Shown one piece after another: positions 9,806-20,125 of a stretch of DNA of 64,000 nt. A model generated the notes under the pieces. The model saw nothing but the letters and a program-made list of their open reading frames with translations, made no database searches and had not been told where the DNA came from. The stretch spans positions 18,265 to 82,264 of the forward strand of contig JAOZRW010000002.1 in assembly GCA_029939995.1 (NCBI GenBank). Direction: 5' to 3'. Within the stretch, counting starts at the first letter, position 1; each line of letters opens with the position of its first letter. Source of the DNA: Acidimicrobiia bacterium (lineage in GTDB: Bacteria > Actinomycetota > Acidimicrobiia > Spongiisociales > UBA5794). The position numbers and the translations under genes are program-made.

Positions 9806-10575
9806 TCCTTTCGGCATCTGCTCTCCGCTACCGGACGGAAGGATCGACGCTCATCGACGGCGTCGACGTCGAGATGGGGCCCGGCGACCTCGTCGCGGTG
9901 GTCGGGCCCAACGGCGCCGGCAAGTCGACACTGCTTCGTCTCTTGGCCGGGGCTCTGCGACCCACGGCAGGCGAAATCGCTCTCGACGACGCGCCCGTGG
10001 GCTCGCTGTCGGCGGAGCGACTCGCACGCCTCCGGGCCATCCTCGGCCAACAGCAGGCGGCAGATGTGGCCTTCACCGTCGAAGAAGTGGTCGAGATGGG
10101 CCGCTATCCGTATCGGAACGACCCGTCCAACGGCCCCGAGGCAGATCGTCGGGCGGTCCGGTCGGCTCTCGCGGCGCTCGACCTCGGAGGGTTGGAGCAA
10201 CGCACGGTCGCGAGTCTCTCAGGCGGGGAGCGACAACGGGTCGCGATCGCGCGAGCGATCGCCCAGGACACCCCGCTCCTGCTGCTGGACGAGCCGACGA
10301 CCGCGCTCGACATCCGACATCAGGAGCTGGTCCTGAGGATCCTCACAACGCTCGCTTCCGAGGGACGGACGGTGGGAGCCGTTCTCCACGATCTCACGCT
10401 GGCGACGCGTTTCGATCGTGTGCTCCTGCTCCGGGAAGGATCGATCGCCGCTGCGGGGAGCCCGCTAGATGTTCTGACGTCCGAACGGCTCACGGACGTG
10501 TACGAGCATCCCGTGACGGTCGTCGACCATCCTCTCGGGTTCGGCCGTCTCGTGCTGCCGATCCCGATGCCGTGA
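9802..10575 (+). CDS. heme/iron ABC transporter ATP-binding protein (HmuV-like)
   Basis: Walker A GPNGAGKST, ABC signature LSGGERQRV, Walker B LLLLDEPT. ATG at 9802 is preceded by AGGAG and overlaps the permease stop (ATGA). Confidence 0.9.
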   Translation: MILSASALRYRTEGSTLIDGVDVEMGPGDLVAVVGPNGAGKSTLLRLLAGALRPTAGEIALDDAPVGSLSAERLARLRAILGQQQAADVAFTVEEVVEMGRYPYRNDPSNGPEADRRAVRSALAALDLGGLEQRTVASLSGGERQRVAIARAIAQDTPLLLLDEPTTALDIRHQELVLRILTTLASEGRTVGAVLHDLTLATRFDRVLLLREGSIAAAGSPLDVLTSERLTDVYEHPVTVVDHPLGFGRLVLPIPMP

Positions 10576-10576
10576 C

Positions 10577-11656
10577 TCAGAAGCCGAGGGCCGCGCGGGT
10601 GTTCGGACCGACGAGCCCGTCGACGCGAAGGCTGCTTCCCTCCTGGAAGGAGAGCACCGCGAGTTCTGTGCGGCTGCCGAAGATGCCATCGATCGGCCCG
10701 GGCGAGTACCCGCGATCGGACAGGAGCTGCTGCACCCGTCGCACGTCTTCTCCCCTGCTCCCCTTGCGGAGGATGCCGCTGCTGGCGACCGTCGCCTCGG
10801 CACCGGTCTCCTCTTCGACGGTGCCCGACTGCTGGACGGTCTCTCCGTAGTGGGATTTGAGCGCAGCCCGGGTTGCACGGCCCGCCAGACCGTCGGCTTT
10901 CAATCCGACGTCACCCTGGAAGTCCGTCACGGCCGCGATGGTCCTCGGGCCGGTGATGCCGTCGATCGGACCGGGGGCGTATCCCATGGATGTGAGTACG
11001 TCCTGGAGGCGCCGGACGTCGACTCCGCGGGTTCCGATGTCGAGCAGCCGGTAACCGTCGAAGAGCGGGTCGGCCGGGCCCGATCCGAGCCAGTTGCCAC
11101 CGGCTTCGCCGAGCGCGGTGAACGGGTTCACGATCACCTTCGACGGGTCGCGAAGCTCGAAGTGGAGATGCGGATTCGTGCTCTCGGCGGCTTGTGAATC
11201 CCCGACCCAGCCGAGGAGCTGTCCCGCCTCGACGTGAACACCGGGGACGATGCCGTCGGCGATGCCCCAGGCGAGGCCGTCGTCGGTGCCCGGCGTGTCG
11301 TTGTTGAGGTGGATGTACCACGATTCCCATCCGTCGTCGTGCCGGAGGGCGACGGTGCAGCACCGATCGGGGTTCATCCCGGGGTCGCTCGTCCAGTTCA
11401 CGAGCCGCACGGTCCCGGACGCAGCGGCAACGACGGGCACCATCTTGTCGGCCATGATGTCTTGCGCGTGGTGGATGCCGTGCGATCGTGCCGCCCAGAA
11501 CCAGTCCGAGTAGTGATGCGGGCCGTCGACCGGGAAGGTCAACGGGTAGTCAACCATCTCCCCCAGCTCGTGTGTCGCCGCCGAGGCTGCGGGGGCGACG
11601 GTGAATGCGAGCAGGACGGTGGCGGTGGCGGCCATGGACCGCAGAAGGTGTTTCAT
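10577..11656 (-). CDS. secreted M23 family metallopeptidase with two peptidoglycan-binding domains
   Basis: Signal peptide (AFTVAPAASA). M23 motifs HHAQDI and NPHLHFEL. Two C-terminal PG_binding_1-like repeats (VRRLQDVLTSMGYAPGPIDGITG... and VRRVQQLLSDRGYSPGPIDGIFG...). Confidence 0.85.
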   Translation of the reverse strand: MKHLLRSMAATATVLLAFTVAPAASAATHELGEMVDYPLTFPVDGPHHYSDWFWAARSHGIHHAQDIMADKMVPVVAAASGTVRLVNWTSDPGMNPDRCCTVALRHDDGWESWYIHLNNDTPGTDDGLAWGIADGIVPGVHVEAGQLLGWVGDSQAAESTNPHLHFELRDPSKVIVNPFTALGEAGGNWLGSGPADPLFDGYRLLDIGTRGVDVRRLQDVLTSMGYAPGPIDGITGPRTIAAVTDFQGDVGLKADGLAGRATRAALKSHYGETVQQSGTVEEETGAEATVASSGILRKGSRGEDVRRVQQLLSDRGYSPGPIDGIFGSRTELAVLSFQEGSSLRVDGLVGPNTRAALGF

Positions 11657-11734
11657 CTCGACTCCAGTAATGCGACTTCCTACCGGAGTTATCGGCCGGG
11701 GAAAGGACCTCCTGAGCGGTTCTTGCAGCCCTGC

Positions 11735-12241
11735 CTACCCGTCGGGATCTTCGACGAGTGCGAGATCGATCTCGACCGTGACGATCGGCTCGACGCGAAG
11801 CATGAACAGACGGGGTGGTTCCAGGCCCCACCAGCGGGTGTCGAACTCGCCGATGCCCGTCAGCCTCGGCCCGGGACGGAGGCGAAGTTCACCTTCGACG
11901 AGCGTTCCGATCCCCAGGAAGTCGACGGTCCCCGTCACTCGAGCGAGATCCTCGTCGATTTCCTCGGTCGTTTCGATCTCGGCCACGATCACCCGGTGCG
12001 CGTCCGAATCGACACGACGCCGCATCTCACGGTCGACGATGCGATTGCCCGATGACAACTCGGCGACGGGAATCTCGAGACGCCCTTTCAGACTCCGGTC
12101 GAGAGCGAAGCCCCGTTCATCGAACACCGCTTCGAACCATCCGGCTGCCGAGCCGGCCGCATGGATCGTATGAACGGTCGAGGCCGCGGTGAACGCGACG
12201 GACGACCGCTCCGGGTCGATCCGCCACTTGCTCGCGTGCAT
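11735..12241 (-). CDS. YceI-like domain protein
   Basis: Last 168 codons of track ORF 11735..13720, from MHASKWRIDPERSSVAF, a YceI-like beta-barrel pattern. The remaining about 490 upstream codons are an Arg-rich alternative frame of trkH. Confidence 0.75.
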   Translation of the reverse strand: MHASKWRIDPERSSVAFTAASTVHTIHAAGSAAGWFEAVFDERGFALDRSLKGRLEIPVAELSSGNRIVDREMRRRVDSDAHRVIVAEIETTEEIDEDLARVTGTVDFLGIGTLVEGELRLRPGPRLTGIGEFDTRWWGLEPPRLFMLRVEPIVTVEIDLALVEDPDG

Positions 12242-12261
12242 CGTGATCCTGCCTCCCCCGG

Positions 12262-13740
12262 CTACTTTCGCCAGAACGTCGCGGTGAACAGCAGAACGAC
12301 CGGATAGATCTCGAGACGACCGAGGATCATGAGCAGGCCGAGCACCCACTTCCCCGGTCCACTTACGACTGCGTAGGTTCCGCTCGGGCCGACGATCCCC
12401 AGGGCCGGGCCGACGTTGCCGATCGCCGACGCGGCGGCGGAGACGCCCGACACGAGCGTCATGCCGCTTCCCCAGGCCGCCTCGGCGTACAGGAGCAGCA
12501 CGACTCCGATCCCGAAGGCGAGCAGGTAGACGATGATGTAGGCGCGAACGGCCGATACCACCTCGTCCGAGAGGGGCGTTCGACCGAATCGGGTGATCGA
12601 CACCGCGTGCGGGCGGGCCAAGCGCCGGGCCTCGCTGGCGGCCGACTTCAGAGCGATCGCCACGCGATACGTCTTGAGCGCTCCCGTCGTGGAACCTCCC
12701 ATCCCACCCAGGAACATGAGCAGAAGGACGACCCCCGTGACCGCGGATGGCCACACCGCGTAGTTCGCCACGACGAACCCGGTGCCGGTGATGGTCGCGA
12801 TCGCGGTGAAGAGCGCCGTACGGATCGGTACGCCGACCGACCCCATCGTGAGACCTCCGATCACGAGCGCGCTGCCTGCGGCCAGGCTCATCAGGTAGTA
12901 CCGCGACTCCGGGGTCCTGATGTAGAGGGACGGGGTGCGCATGGCTCGAATGTGCAGAGGAAGCGATGCGCCCGCCACGATCATCGACACGACGACGATC
13001 CACTGTGTGTAGGCGGAGAATCCGGTCAGCGACGTCGACTCGGTGCCGAACCCGCCCGTCGAGACGGTCGTGAGCGCGTGGGCGAGCGCCTGGAACGGCG
13101 TCATATCCCCTGCAGCGAGCGCGGCGGCCACGAGGACGGTGAATCCGAGATACAACCCCCAAAGACGCATCGATGTGCCTCGCAGACGCGGCGTCAGGCG
13201 GTCCACGTCCTCCCCCGGCGCCTCGGCGCGAACGAGATGGATGCCCCCGGCGCCGACGAAGGGCAGCACCGCGATCGACAGGACGATGATCCCCATCCCC
13301 CCAAGCCACTGCGTCGCTGCTCTCCACATGAGCAGACCGTGCGACTGCGAAGCGAGATCGGCCACGACGGTCGCTCCGGTTGTCGTGAAGCCGGCGGTGC
13401 TCTCGAAGAGCGCGTCGGTGATCGTGAATTCCCCGGTCAGGAGGTACGGAAGCGATCCGAAGGCGATCACCGCCACCCACGCGATGGCCACGCTCCCGAA
13501 CGCGTCCTTCGGCCGCAGACTCTCCGGACGGCCCGCGAGGACCATCGTCAACCGTCCCGCCGCCAGCATGACGAGCATCGTGATCGCCACATGGAGCGCG
13601 GTGTCCCATTCGCGATAGACGACCGCCGTGGGGAGGGCCGGGATTCCCGCGGCTGCACCGGCGAAGAGCACGATGCCGATGACGTAGGCGATCCTCCGCG
13701 GGGCCGGAGCCGCCGACCACCTCCTCAGGCGAAAAGGCAC
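12262..13740 (-). CDS. trkH: Trk-type potassium uptake protein TrkH
   Basis: Polytopic ORF with TrkH family motifs (ESTAGFTTTGATV, TTVSTGGFG, TGTGF, GGMGGSTTGALK). GTG at 13740 lies 1 nt after the trkA stop. Confidence 0.85.
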   Translation of the reverse strand: MPFRLRRWSAAPAPRRIAYVIGIVLFAGAAAGIPALPTAVVYREWDTALHVAITMLVMLAAGRLTMVLAGRPESLRPKDAFGSVAIAWVAVIAFGSLPYLLTGEFTITDALFESTAGFTTTGATVVADLASQSHGLLMWRAATQWLGGMGIIVLSIAVLPFVGAGGIHLVRAEAPGEDVDRLTPRLRGTSMRLWGLYLGFTVLVAAALAAGDMTPFQALAHALTTVSTGGFGTESTSLTGFSAYTQWIVVVSMIVAGASLPLHIRAMRTPSLYIRTPESRYYLMSLAAGSALVIGGLTMGSVGVPIRTALFTAIATITGTGFVVANYAVWPSAVTGVVLLLMFLGGMGGSTTGALKTYRVAIALKSAASEARRLARPHAVSITRFGRTPLSDEVVSAVRAYIIVYLLAFGIGVVLLLYAEAAWGSGMTLVSGVSAAASAIGNVGPALGIVGPSGTYAVVSGPGKWVLGLLMILGRLEIYPVVLLFTATFWRK

Positions 13741-13741
13741 G

Positions 13742-15073
13742 CTATTCCCCGAACAGTCGCTCGATGGATCGAACTGCGTCGGGCGTGGCGAGTACGACGA
13801 CCCGATCCCCCGCCTCGAACCGGGAACTTCCCAACGGGACGATCGTACGCCCCCGACGCAGGATCGCCCCGACGACCGCACCTTCGGGGAGCGGAAGATC
13901 CTTGATGGCGATTCCCCGCGCCGGCGCTTCTTCGGGGATCTCGACCTCCAGCGCCTCGATCCCGCCCGTTGCGAAATCCGCCGCCGAGATGATCGCCCCC
14001 CTGCGTACGAATCGAAGGGCGGCGTTCGCCGCCGCGATCTTCGTCGACACGGTGGCGTCGATGCCGACGGTCTCCATGTATCCGGCGACTTCCATCCGGT
14101 TGTACCGTGCCACGGTCGATGACGCTCCGAGGCGCCCCGCGATGAGCGAACTGAGCACGTTGATCGCATCGCTCCTCGTGAGCGACAGGAACGCGTCGCC
14201 GCTGCCGATGTCGAGACGTTGCAGGACCCGCGGATCCGTGGCATCTGCCACGATGACGTCGATCTTCGAATAGCGCTCCGCGATCGTGTGAGCGCGATCC
14301 GCGTCGTCGTGGATGAGCGTGACGCGAATCCCGTGCCTCCGGAGGGCTGCAGCGGTCAGCGTCGCCACCCGTCCTCCCCCGACGACGACGGCGCGACCGA
14401 TGTGCCGGGGCGTTGCTCCGATGAGGTCGCTTGCCTTCTCGACGTTCCCTTCTTCAACGACGACGATGATCTTGTCGTAAGCCTCGACCACCGTCCCTCC
14501 GCGCCCCACCAGCGTCTCTCCGGCGCGGACGATCGACGCGATGACGCAGTCCCATCCCCGCAACGATCGCCGCATGTCCGCGAGCGACAGCCCGACGAGG
14601 CGCGATTCCGGGGCCACGACGCCACCCAGAACCACGACCGACGCCTCACAGAATCGAAAGTAGTCCGAGAGGCCCGGATGGGCGACGAGACCGACGATCT
14701 TGTCCGCTGTGGCGGCCCTCGGGTCGATGACCGCCTCTACCCCCGATCCGAGGACGACGTCGCGAAGTTCGGTGTTCTCGATCCTGGCGATGGTGCGTTC
14801 GAGGCCCAGCGCTCGGCCCGTCTGGCACGCGAGGACGTTGGTTCCGTCGTCGTCCGTCACCGCGAACAGCAGCTCCGCCTTGGAGATCCCCGCTCGCTTC
14901 AGAACGCTCGGGTTCGCGCCGTTCCCCTCGATCACCTGGGCGTCGAGCCGATCCCGCAGCTCGGATGCACGGTGGCCGTCGAGTTCCACGACAGCCACTT
15001 CGTCGCCCTCGGCAACCAGGCGTTCGGCCAGGTGGGAACCATCGGCGCCGCCCCCGACGACCACGACTCGCAT
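13742..15073 (-). CDS. trkA: Trk system potassium uptake protein TrkA (two RCK/NAD-binding domains)
   Basis: MRVVVVGGGADGSHLAERL... and a second Rossmann repeat (AVVVGGGRVATLTAAAL). Typical TrkA length of 443 aa. Confidence 0.9.
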   Translation of the reverse strand: MRVVVVGGGADGSHLAERLVAEGDEVAVVELDGHRASELRDRLDAQVIEGNGANPSVLKRAGISKAELLFAVTDDDGTNVLACQTGRALGLERTIARIENTELRDVVLGSGVEAVIDPRAATADKIVGLVAHPGLSDYFRFCEASVVVLGGVVAPESRLVGLSLADMRRSLRGWDCVIASIVRAGETLVGRGGTVVEAYDKIIVVVEEGNVEKASDLIGATPRHIGRAVVVGGGRVATLTAAALRRHGIRVTLIHDDADRAHTIAERYSKIDVIVADATDPRVLQRLDIGSGDAFLSLTRSDAINVLSSLIAGRLGASSTVARYNRMEVAGYMETVGIDATVSTKIAAANAALRFVRRGAIISAADFATGGIEALEVEIPEEAPARGIAIKDLPLPEGAVVGAILRRGRTIVPLGSSRFEAGDRVVVLATPDAVRSIERLFGE

Positions 15074-15123
15074 CCGACCTCCTCATTCTTCCGAGCGTGA
15101 GGCTAGTCCGGTAGCCTGGTCGG

Positions 15124-15747
15124 GTGGATGAGAACGGCGATGCGCGCGAGGTCGGGGTCGGTCCTCACCCCTTGCCGTGGCCTGAGGATCCACGGTTCGA
15201 CCCCGAGCTCCTCGCGGAAGGTGACCGCAGGAACGTGGTCGACGGCTACCGCTACTGGTCGCGCGAAGCGATCGTGACAGATCTCGATCGTCGACGTCAT
15301 CCCTATCACGTGGCGATCGAGAACTGGCAACACGACTTCAACATCGGTTCGGTCGTCCGCAACGCCAACGCTTTCCTCGCCGCAGGGGTCCATATCGTCG
15401 GGAAGCGACGCTGGAACCGGCGGGGAGCGATGGTGACCGACCGCTACCAGCACGTCCGGCACCACGCCACGATCGAGGAATTCGCCGCCTGGGCCGACGC
15501 CCGGGATCTCCCCATCATCGGCGTGGACATCCTTCCCGGGTCGGTCCCGATCGAGACGACCAGGCTCCCCGAGCGGTGCGTGCTGCTGTTCGGACAGGAG
15601 GGCCCGGGTCTATCGGACGCGGCGCGTTCGGCATGCACCGTCGTCTGTTCGATCGCACAGTTCGGATCGACGCGGTCGATCAACGCAGGCGTCGCATCGG
15701 GGATCGCCATGCACACCTGGATCACCCAACACATCGACTTCACCTGA
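15124..15747 (+). CDS. TrmH/SpoU family RNA 2'-O-methyltransferase
   Basis: SpoU motifs (NIGSVVRNANAF, LLFGQEGPGL, SINAGVASGIAMH). GTG start. Confidence 0.8.
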   Translation: MDENGDAREVGVGPHPLPWPEDPRFDPELLAEGDRRNVVDGYRYWSREAIVTDLDRRRHPYHVAIENWQHDFNIGSVVRNANAFLAAGVHIVGKRRWNRRGAMVTDRYQHVRHHATIEEFAAWADARDLPIIGVDILPGSVPIETTRLPERCVLLFGQEGPGLSDAARSACTVVCSIAQFGSTRSINAGVASGIAMHTWITQHIDFT

Positions 15748-15762
15748 TCCCATGCAGCAGGC

Positions 15763-16971
15763 TCAGGCCTCCAGCTGAACCGCCCCGTATCCATGGATGA
15801 CGAAGGCCTCGTCTCGCACGGGAGCCGCCGCGAGATGGAGCGCCGGCATCGTTTCGACCATCTGTGTGATCGCGATGGATAGTTCCATGCGGGCGAGCGG
15901 CGCACCGATGCAGGAGTGGATCCCTCCGCCGAAGGTGACATGCGATGCGTCTCCACGGCCCACGATGAAGTCGTCGGGCGACGGGAAGTGACGCGGGTCC
16001 CGATTCGCCGATCCGAAGAGAAGGGCGATCTTCTCCCCGCGGGAGAAGGATCGTCCCCCGTACGACACGTCGTCCGCAAGCACCCACCGTTCGAAAAGCT
16101 GCAACGGGGGGTCGTACCGGATCATCTCTTCGACGACCACAGCAGGTTCGACAACGCCGTCGCTCAAGGCGTCCCATGCCCCCTCGGTCGACAGAAGCGC
16201 GACCGTTCCGTTGCCGAGGGCGTTCACCGTCGCCTCGTGCCCGGCGTTCAGCAGCAGCACGATCGTCGACACGATCTCGTCGTCGCTGAGAGCGTCGCCC
16301 TCGTCGTCGGGCATGCAAAGGGCCGTCACCAGATCGTCTCCCGGATCTTCCCGCTTGGCCTCGATGAGCTCCCGGCACCATCGATCGAACTCTTCGCTGG
16401 CCCGTACCGCGGCGGCGGCCTGCTCCTCGGTCGTGTGCAGCTCGTACATCTTGACGATGCGGTGCGACCAGTCGAGGAACAGGCGCTCTGCTTCAGACGG
16501 CACGCCGAGCAGCCCCGCGATGACCCCGACCGAGAACGGCCGGGCGAAGTCGCCCAGGAGGTCGAACGTCCCCGCCGAGGCCGGATTCGAGAGGAGCCGT
16601 TCGGCGAGGCGAGTGATGTCCGGCCGCAGGCCCTCGATCCGTTTCGGTGTGAACGCACGGAACACGGGCTGCCGGAGCCTGCGATGATCCGGAGGCTCGA
16701 GCATGAGCAGGGACCATCGTTCGAGGTCGTAGTACGGCTTCCATTCCGGCCGCAGCGGCGGCAGGCCGACTTCGGCGCGGGTCATGACCGGTTCGGGGAC
16801 CCGGCCGAGCCTCCGATCCCTCAAAGCCTTGAATACGTCGTCGTACCGTGTCAGGAACCAGCGAACGGTTCCGTCCTCGTCCACCTTCGAGAAGAGCGGT
16901 GTCTCTTCGCGAACGCGATTGAGCGTCGGATACGGATCCTGGAGGAAGTCCCCGTCGGTGAAGTCGATCAT
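15763..16971 (-). CDS. cytochrome P450
   Basis: 402 aa. Heme-ligand loop FGGGIHSCIGAPLA, I-helix LLLNAGHEAT and ExxR motif. Confidence 0.92.
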   Translation of the reverse strand: MIDFTDGDFLQDPYPTLNRVREETPLFSKVDEDGTVRWFLTRYDDVFKALRDRRLGRVPEPVMTRAEVGLPPLRPEWKPYYDLERWSLLMLEPPDHRRLRQPVFRAFTPKRIEGLRPDITRLAERLLSNPASAGTFDLLGDFARPFSVGVIAGLLGVPSEAERLFLDWSHRIVKMYELHTTEEQAAAAVRASEEFDRWCRELIEAKREDPGDDLVTALCMPDDEGDALSDDEIVSTIVLLLNAGHEATVNALGNGTVALLSTEGAWDALSDGVVEPAVVVEEMIRYDPPLQLFERWVLADDVSYGGRSFSRGEKIALLFGSANRDPRHFPSPDDFIVGRGDASHVTFGGGIHSCIGAPLARMELSIAITQMVETMPALHLAAAPVRDEAFVIHGYGAVQLEA

Positions 16972-17032
16972 TCAGGCAGCGTAGACGCGACGGAGCCGCC
17001 GCATCATGCGGCGGCTCTCGAGTCGTCGGCTG

Positions 17033-17215
17033 CTACTTGCCCGGTTCGATGATCGGGCCGTCGTATGCGCCCTTGAGCAGCTTCTCGAGTGTCGAGCGGG
17101 CCGATGCACGCTTCGTGTAACCCTGGCTCTGGGCAACGATCTGACCGTTCGAAGCCTTCACTCTGAACGCCCACTTGCCGTTCTTCTGCTGATAGATTTC
17201 GCCTTTTCCGGCCAT
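17033..17215 (-). CDS. YegP/DUF1508 family protein
   Basis: 60 aa. GKWAFRVKASNGQIVAQSQGYTKRASA matches the DUF1508 repeat pattern. Confidence 0.7.
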   Translation of the reverse strand: MAGKGEIYQQKNGKWAFRVKASNGQIVAQSQGYTKRASARSTLEKLLKGAYDGPIIEPGK

Positions 17216-17295
17216 CGTGTTCCCGTCCTTCCTTGGGATCGGGCGTAGCCTAGTCCGCGAAAAGCATCTGACGCGTCAAGATTCCCATGCCGACT

Positions 17296-17691
17296 TCAGC
17301 TGTCGCGTTCGGGATCGAGTTGCAAGGAAGCGGAGTTGATGCAGTAGCGCAGACCGGTGGGGTTCGGGCCGTCGTCGAAGACATGGCCGAGGTGGGCCCC
17401 GCAGTGCGCGCACGTCACCTCGGTTCGTGTCTGCAGGAGGCTCCGATCGGGCTTCGTCCGAACGGCCTCGAGTGCCGCTGGTTCCCAGAAGCTCGGCCAG
17501 CCGCTCCCCGAGTCGTATTTCGTGTCGCTCGAGAACAGCTCCTCCCCGCACACGACGCACCGGTACGTTCCCTCGCCCTTCTCGTCCCAGTACTCGCCGG
17601 TGAAAGCCTGCTCCGTTCCTGCTTCCTGAGTGACGTGAAACTGCATGGGCGTGAGGCGGTCGTGGAGGTCGGATTCGTTGGTGTGGTTCAT
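17296..17691 (-). CDS. msrB: peptide-methionine (R)-S-oxide reductase
   Basis: SelR domain with CVVCGEELF and [12 protein letters not shown] zinc cysteines and the RYCINS catalytic motif. Confidence 0.92.
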   Translation of the reverse strand: MNHTNESDLHDRLTPMQFHVTQEAGTEQAFTGEYWDEKGEGTYRCVVCGEELFSSDTKYDSGSGWPSFWEPAALEAVRTKPDRSLLQTRTEVTCAHCGAHLGHVFDDGPNPTGLRYCINSASLQLDPERDS

Positions 17692-17773
17692 CTCGCCGAG
17701 GCTACCCGCGCAGGATTCGCTTCGTCGGGGAACTTCGCGAGTGCTTCTCGCGATTCGCGCTAGCGTCCCACCT

Positions 17774-19480
17774 ATGGATACGACTCAGATCGATGCGACC
17801 CTTTCGGCTTTGTCCGCGAACAAGACCCGTTGGGCTAGGTTGCCCGTCGCGACCAAGATCTATCTCCTCGACACGATCCGACATCGCGTGGGCGACGTGG
17901 CCGAGGCATGGGTTGCCGACGCCGCCGAAGCGAAGCAGATCCCCCCGGGTTCACAGCTCGTGGGAGAGGAGTGGACGAGCGGCCCATACGCCCTCGCGGC
18001 GGGTGCCGCTGCGCTGGCCGAGACGCTCCGGCGCATCGAGGACGGCACCCCGGTTCTCGAGGGGTATCACACGAGAACGTTGCCGAACGGCCAGATCGCC
18101 GTACGGGTGTTCCCAGCGAACGCCGAAGACCGCCTGTTCCTCAGCGGGCACGTCGCCGACGTATGGATGCGCCCGGGTGTGACCGTCGACGATCTCGAGG
18201 CCAAAGCAGCTTCGTTCTACCGGCTGGAGGATCCGGAGGGCATCGTGACGCTCGTCCTCGGTGCCGGGAACATCGCCTCGATCGCTCCCCTCGACGTCCT
18301 CACGGTTCTCTTCAACACGGGCTCGGTCGTCGCGCTGAAGATGAATCCGGTCAACGCCTACCTCGAACCGTACTTCGAGCACATCTTCGAACCATTGGTC
18401 GAGGCCGGCTTCCTCGGGTTCCTTCACGGCGGAGCGGAAGAAGGTGCGTACATGACGCGAAGCCCCTTCGTAGATCACATCCACGTCACCGGGGCCGCCG
18501 CGACGCACGACGCCATCGTGTACGGAACGGGACCCGACGCGGCTCGGCGCAAGGCCGAAGACGATCCGGAGATCCGCACTCCGGTGACCAGTGAACTCGG
18601 TGGCGTCGGGCCGACGATCGTGGTCGGTGGCGAGTGGTCCGCCGCCGACCTGCGGTATCAGGCCGAGCACATCATCAGCCAGAAACTCCACAATCACGGC
18701 TTCAACTGCATCGCATGCCAGGTCCTCGTCCTGCCGGAGGCGTGGAACCAGGGAGACGACCTGATCGACGCGATGCGTGCGGTCGTACGCGAGATCGACG
18801 ACCGTGGTGCGTACTACCCGGGAACCGGAGAGCGCCACGCAGCGGTCCTCGCTGCGCATCCGGACGCCGAGATCCTGTCCAACGGCACGGGCCCGATCAC
18901 ATTCATCACCGATCTCGACCCGACCATGCGTGACGATGTGTGCTTCCGGACCGAGTTCTTCGGCGCCGTGCTCGGCGTGACCCGCCTCCCCGGCAACACC
19001 ACCGAGGAGTTCCTCGCGAACGCCGTCGCGTTCGCGAATGAGACCCTGGAGGGGAACCTCGGTGCGAACCTCATCATCCATCCCGCGACGGCCCGCGACT
19101 CGGCGGAGGCCCTCGAGTCGGCCATCGCCGATCTCCGCTACGGAACGGTGGCGGTCAACACGTGGGTCGGTGTCGCCTTCGCGATGAATCGAGCGACGTG
19201 GGGGGCGTTCCCCGGCAATCCGAGAAACGACATCCGTTCGGGGAGTGGCGTCGTCCACAACTCGCTCATGCTCGAAGACACGGAACGGTCGGTCGTCCGG
19301 GGCTCCTTCGCCCCGTTCCCCCGGACCCTGCGTCTCGGCGTCGTTCACACCGAACCCACGCCTCCCTTCTTCGTCACGAACCGCCGGGCGGCGCATCTCG
19401 GAAAGCTCTTGACGGAACGGGCGGTGAGCGGCTCCTGGAAGACCTTGCCGGCCATCGTGGCGACGGCGATGCGCGGCTAA
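17774..19480 (+). CDS. aldehyde dehydrogenase family protein
   Basis: Track ORF 17645..19480; start set at MDTTQIDA (17774). ALDH-type TSELGGVGP motif and overall family resemblance. Substrate unknown. Confidence 0.8.
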   Translation: MDTTQIDATLSALSANKTRWARLPVATKIYLLDTIRHRVGDVAEAWVADAAEAKQIPPGSQLVGEEWTSGPYALAAGAAALAETLRRIEDGTPVLEGYHTRTLPNGQIAVRVFPANAEDRLFLSGHVADVWMRPGVTVDDLEAKAASFYRLEDPEGIVTLVLGAGNIASIAPLDVLTVLFNTGSVVALKMNPVNAYLEPYFEHIFEPLVEAGFLGFLHGGAEEGAYMTRSPFVDHIHVTGAAATHDAIVYGTGPDAARRKAEDDPEIRTPVTSELGGVGPTIVVGGEWSAADLRYQAEHIISQKLHNHGFNCIACQVLVLPEAWNQGDDLIDAMRAVVREIDDRGAYYPGTGERHAAVLAAHPDAEILSNGTGPITFITDLDPTMRDDVCFRTEFFGAVLGVTRLPGNTTEEFLANAVAFANETLEGNLGANLIIHPATARDSAEALESAIADLRYGTVAVNTWVGVAFAMNRATWGAFPGNPRNDIRSGSGVVHNSLMLEDTERSVVRGSFAPFPRTLRLGVVHTEPTPPFFVTNRRAAHLGKLLTERAVSGSWKTLPAIVATAMRG

Positions 19481-20061
19481 GAGCCCGACCGGTCGTGTGG
19501 AGAGATCCCCGCTCGGCGCAGCGCGGCGACGACCGGTTTCAGCGGCAGCCCGATGACGTTGCTGCGCGACCCGGCGACGCTGCTCACGAATCGGGCTCCA
19601 TCCCCCTGGAGCGCGTAGGCCCCTGCCTTGTCGAGTGGTTCCCCGGTGGCCGCATAGGCCTCGGCCTCGGCCCGGTCGACCGTCCGGATCGCGACCAGGG
19701 AGGAATCGAACCCCTCCTCGAGAGGGACACCGCCGCGGACGAGTGCCCATCCGGTGAGTACCACGTGGGTTCGTCCGGCGATCGACTGCAACATCGTCGA
19801 CGCTTCCGCCGCGTCGATCGGTTTCCCCAGGATCCGTCCGTCGAGGACGACCGTCGTATCCGCCGCGAGGACCACGGTCCCGGATGCGGCGTCGACGGCC
19901 AGCGCCTTCTCCGTGGCCAGACGCACCACCATCCGATCCGGTTCCTCCCCCCCGATCTGCATCTCATCGACACGGGGCTCCCTCACGGAGAAGACGAAGC
20001 CCGCTGCCGACAGAAGCAATCGTCTCCTTGGGGATGAACTCGCGAGAATCAGATCCGGCAT
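19477..20061 (-). CDS. maf: Maf-like nucleoside triphosphate pyrophosphatase
   Basis: MPDLILASSSPRRRLLL... and DKAGAYALQG motifs. ATG at 20061 within ORF 19477..20139. Confidence 0.85.
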   Translation of the reverse strand: MPDLILASSSPRRRLLLSAAGFVFSVREPRVDEMQIGGEEPDRMVVRLATEKALAVDAASGTVVLAADTTVVLDGRILGKPIDAAEASTMLQSIAGRTHVVLTGWALVRGGVPLEEGFDSSLVAIRTVDRAEAEAYAATGEPLDKAGAYALQGDGARFVSSVAGSRSNVIGLPLKPVVAALRRAGISPHDRSGS

Positions 20062-20125
20062 CCGGGCAGTTTCGCACACCGGACGGTGGTTGCGGTACCG
20101 TCGCGTCGAATCTGCGGGAGGAATC

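Noticed and set aside
11657-11734. A possible cyclic-di-AMP (ydaO-type) riboswitch upstream of the M23 cell-wall hydrolase, as seen before some actinobacterial wall hydrolase genes.
   Set aside because: The intergenic gap is only 78 nt, too short for that riboswitch class, and I could not find its conserved helices.
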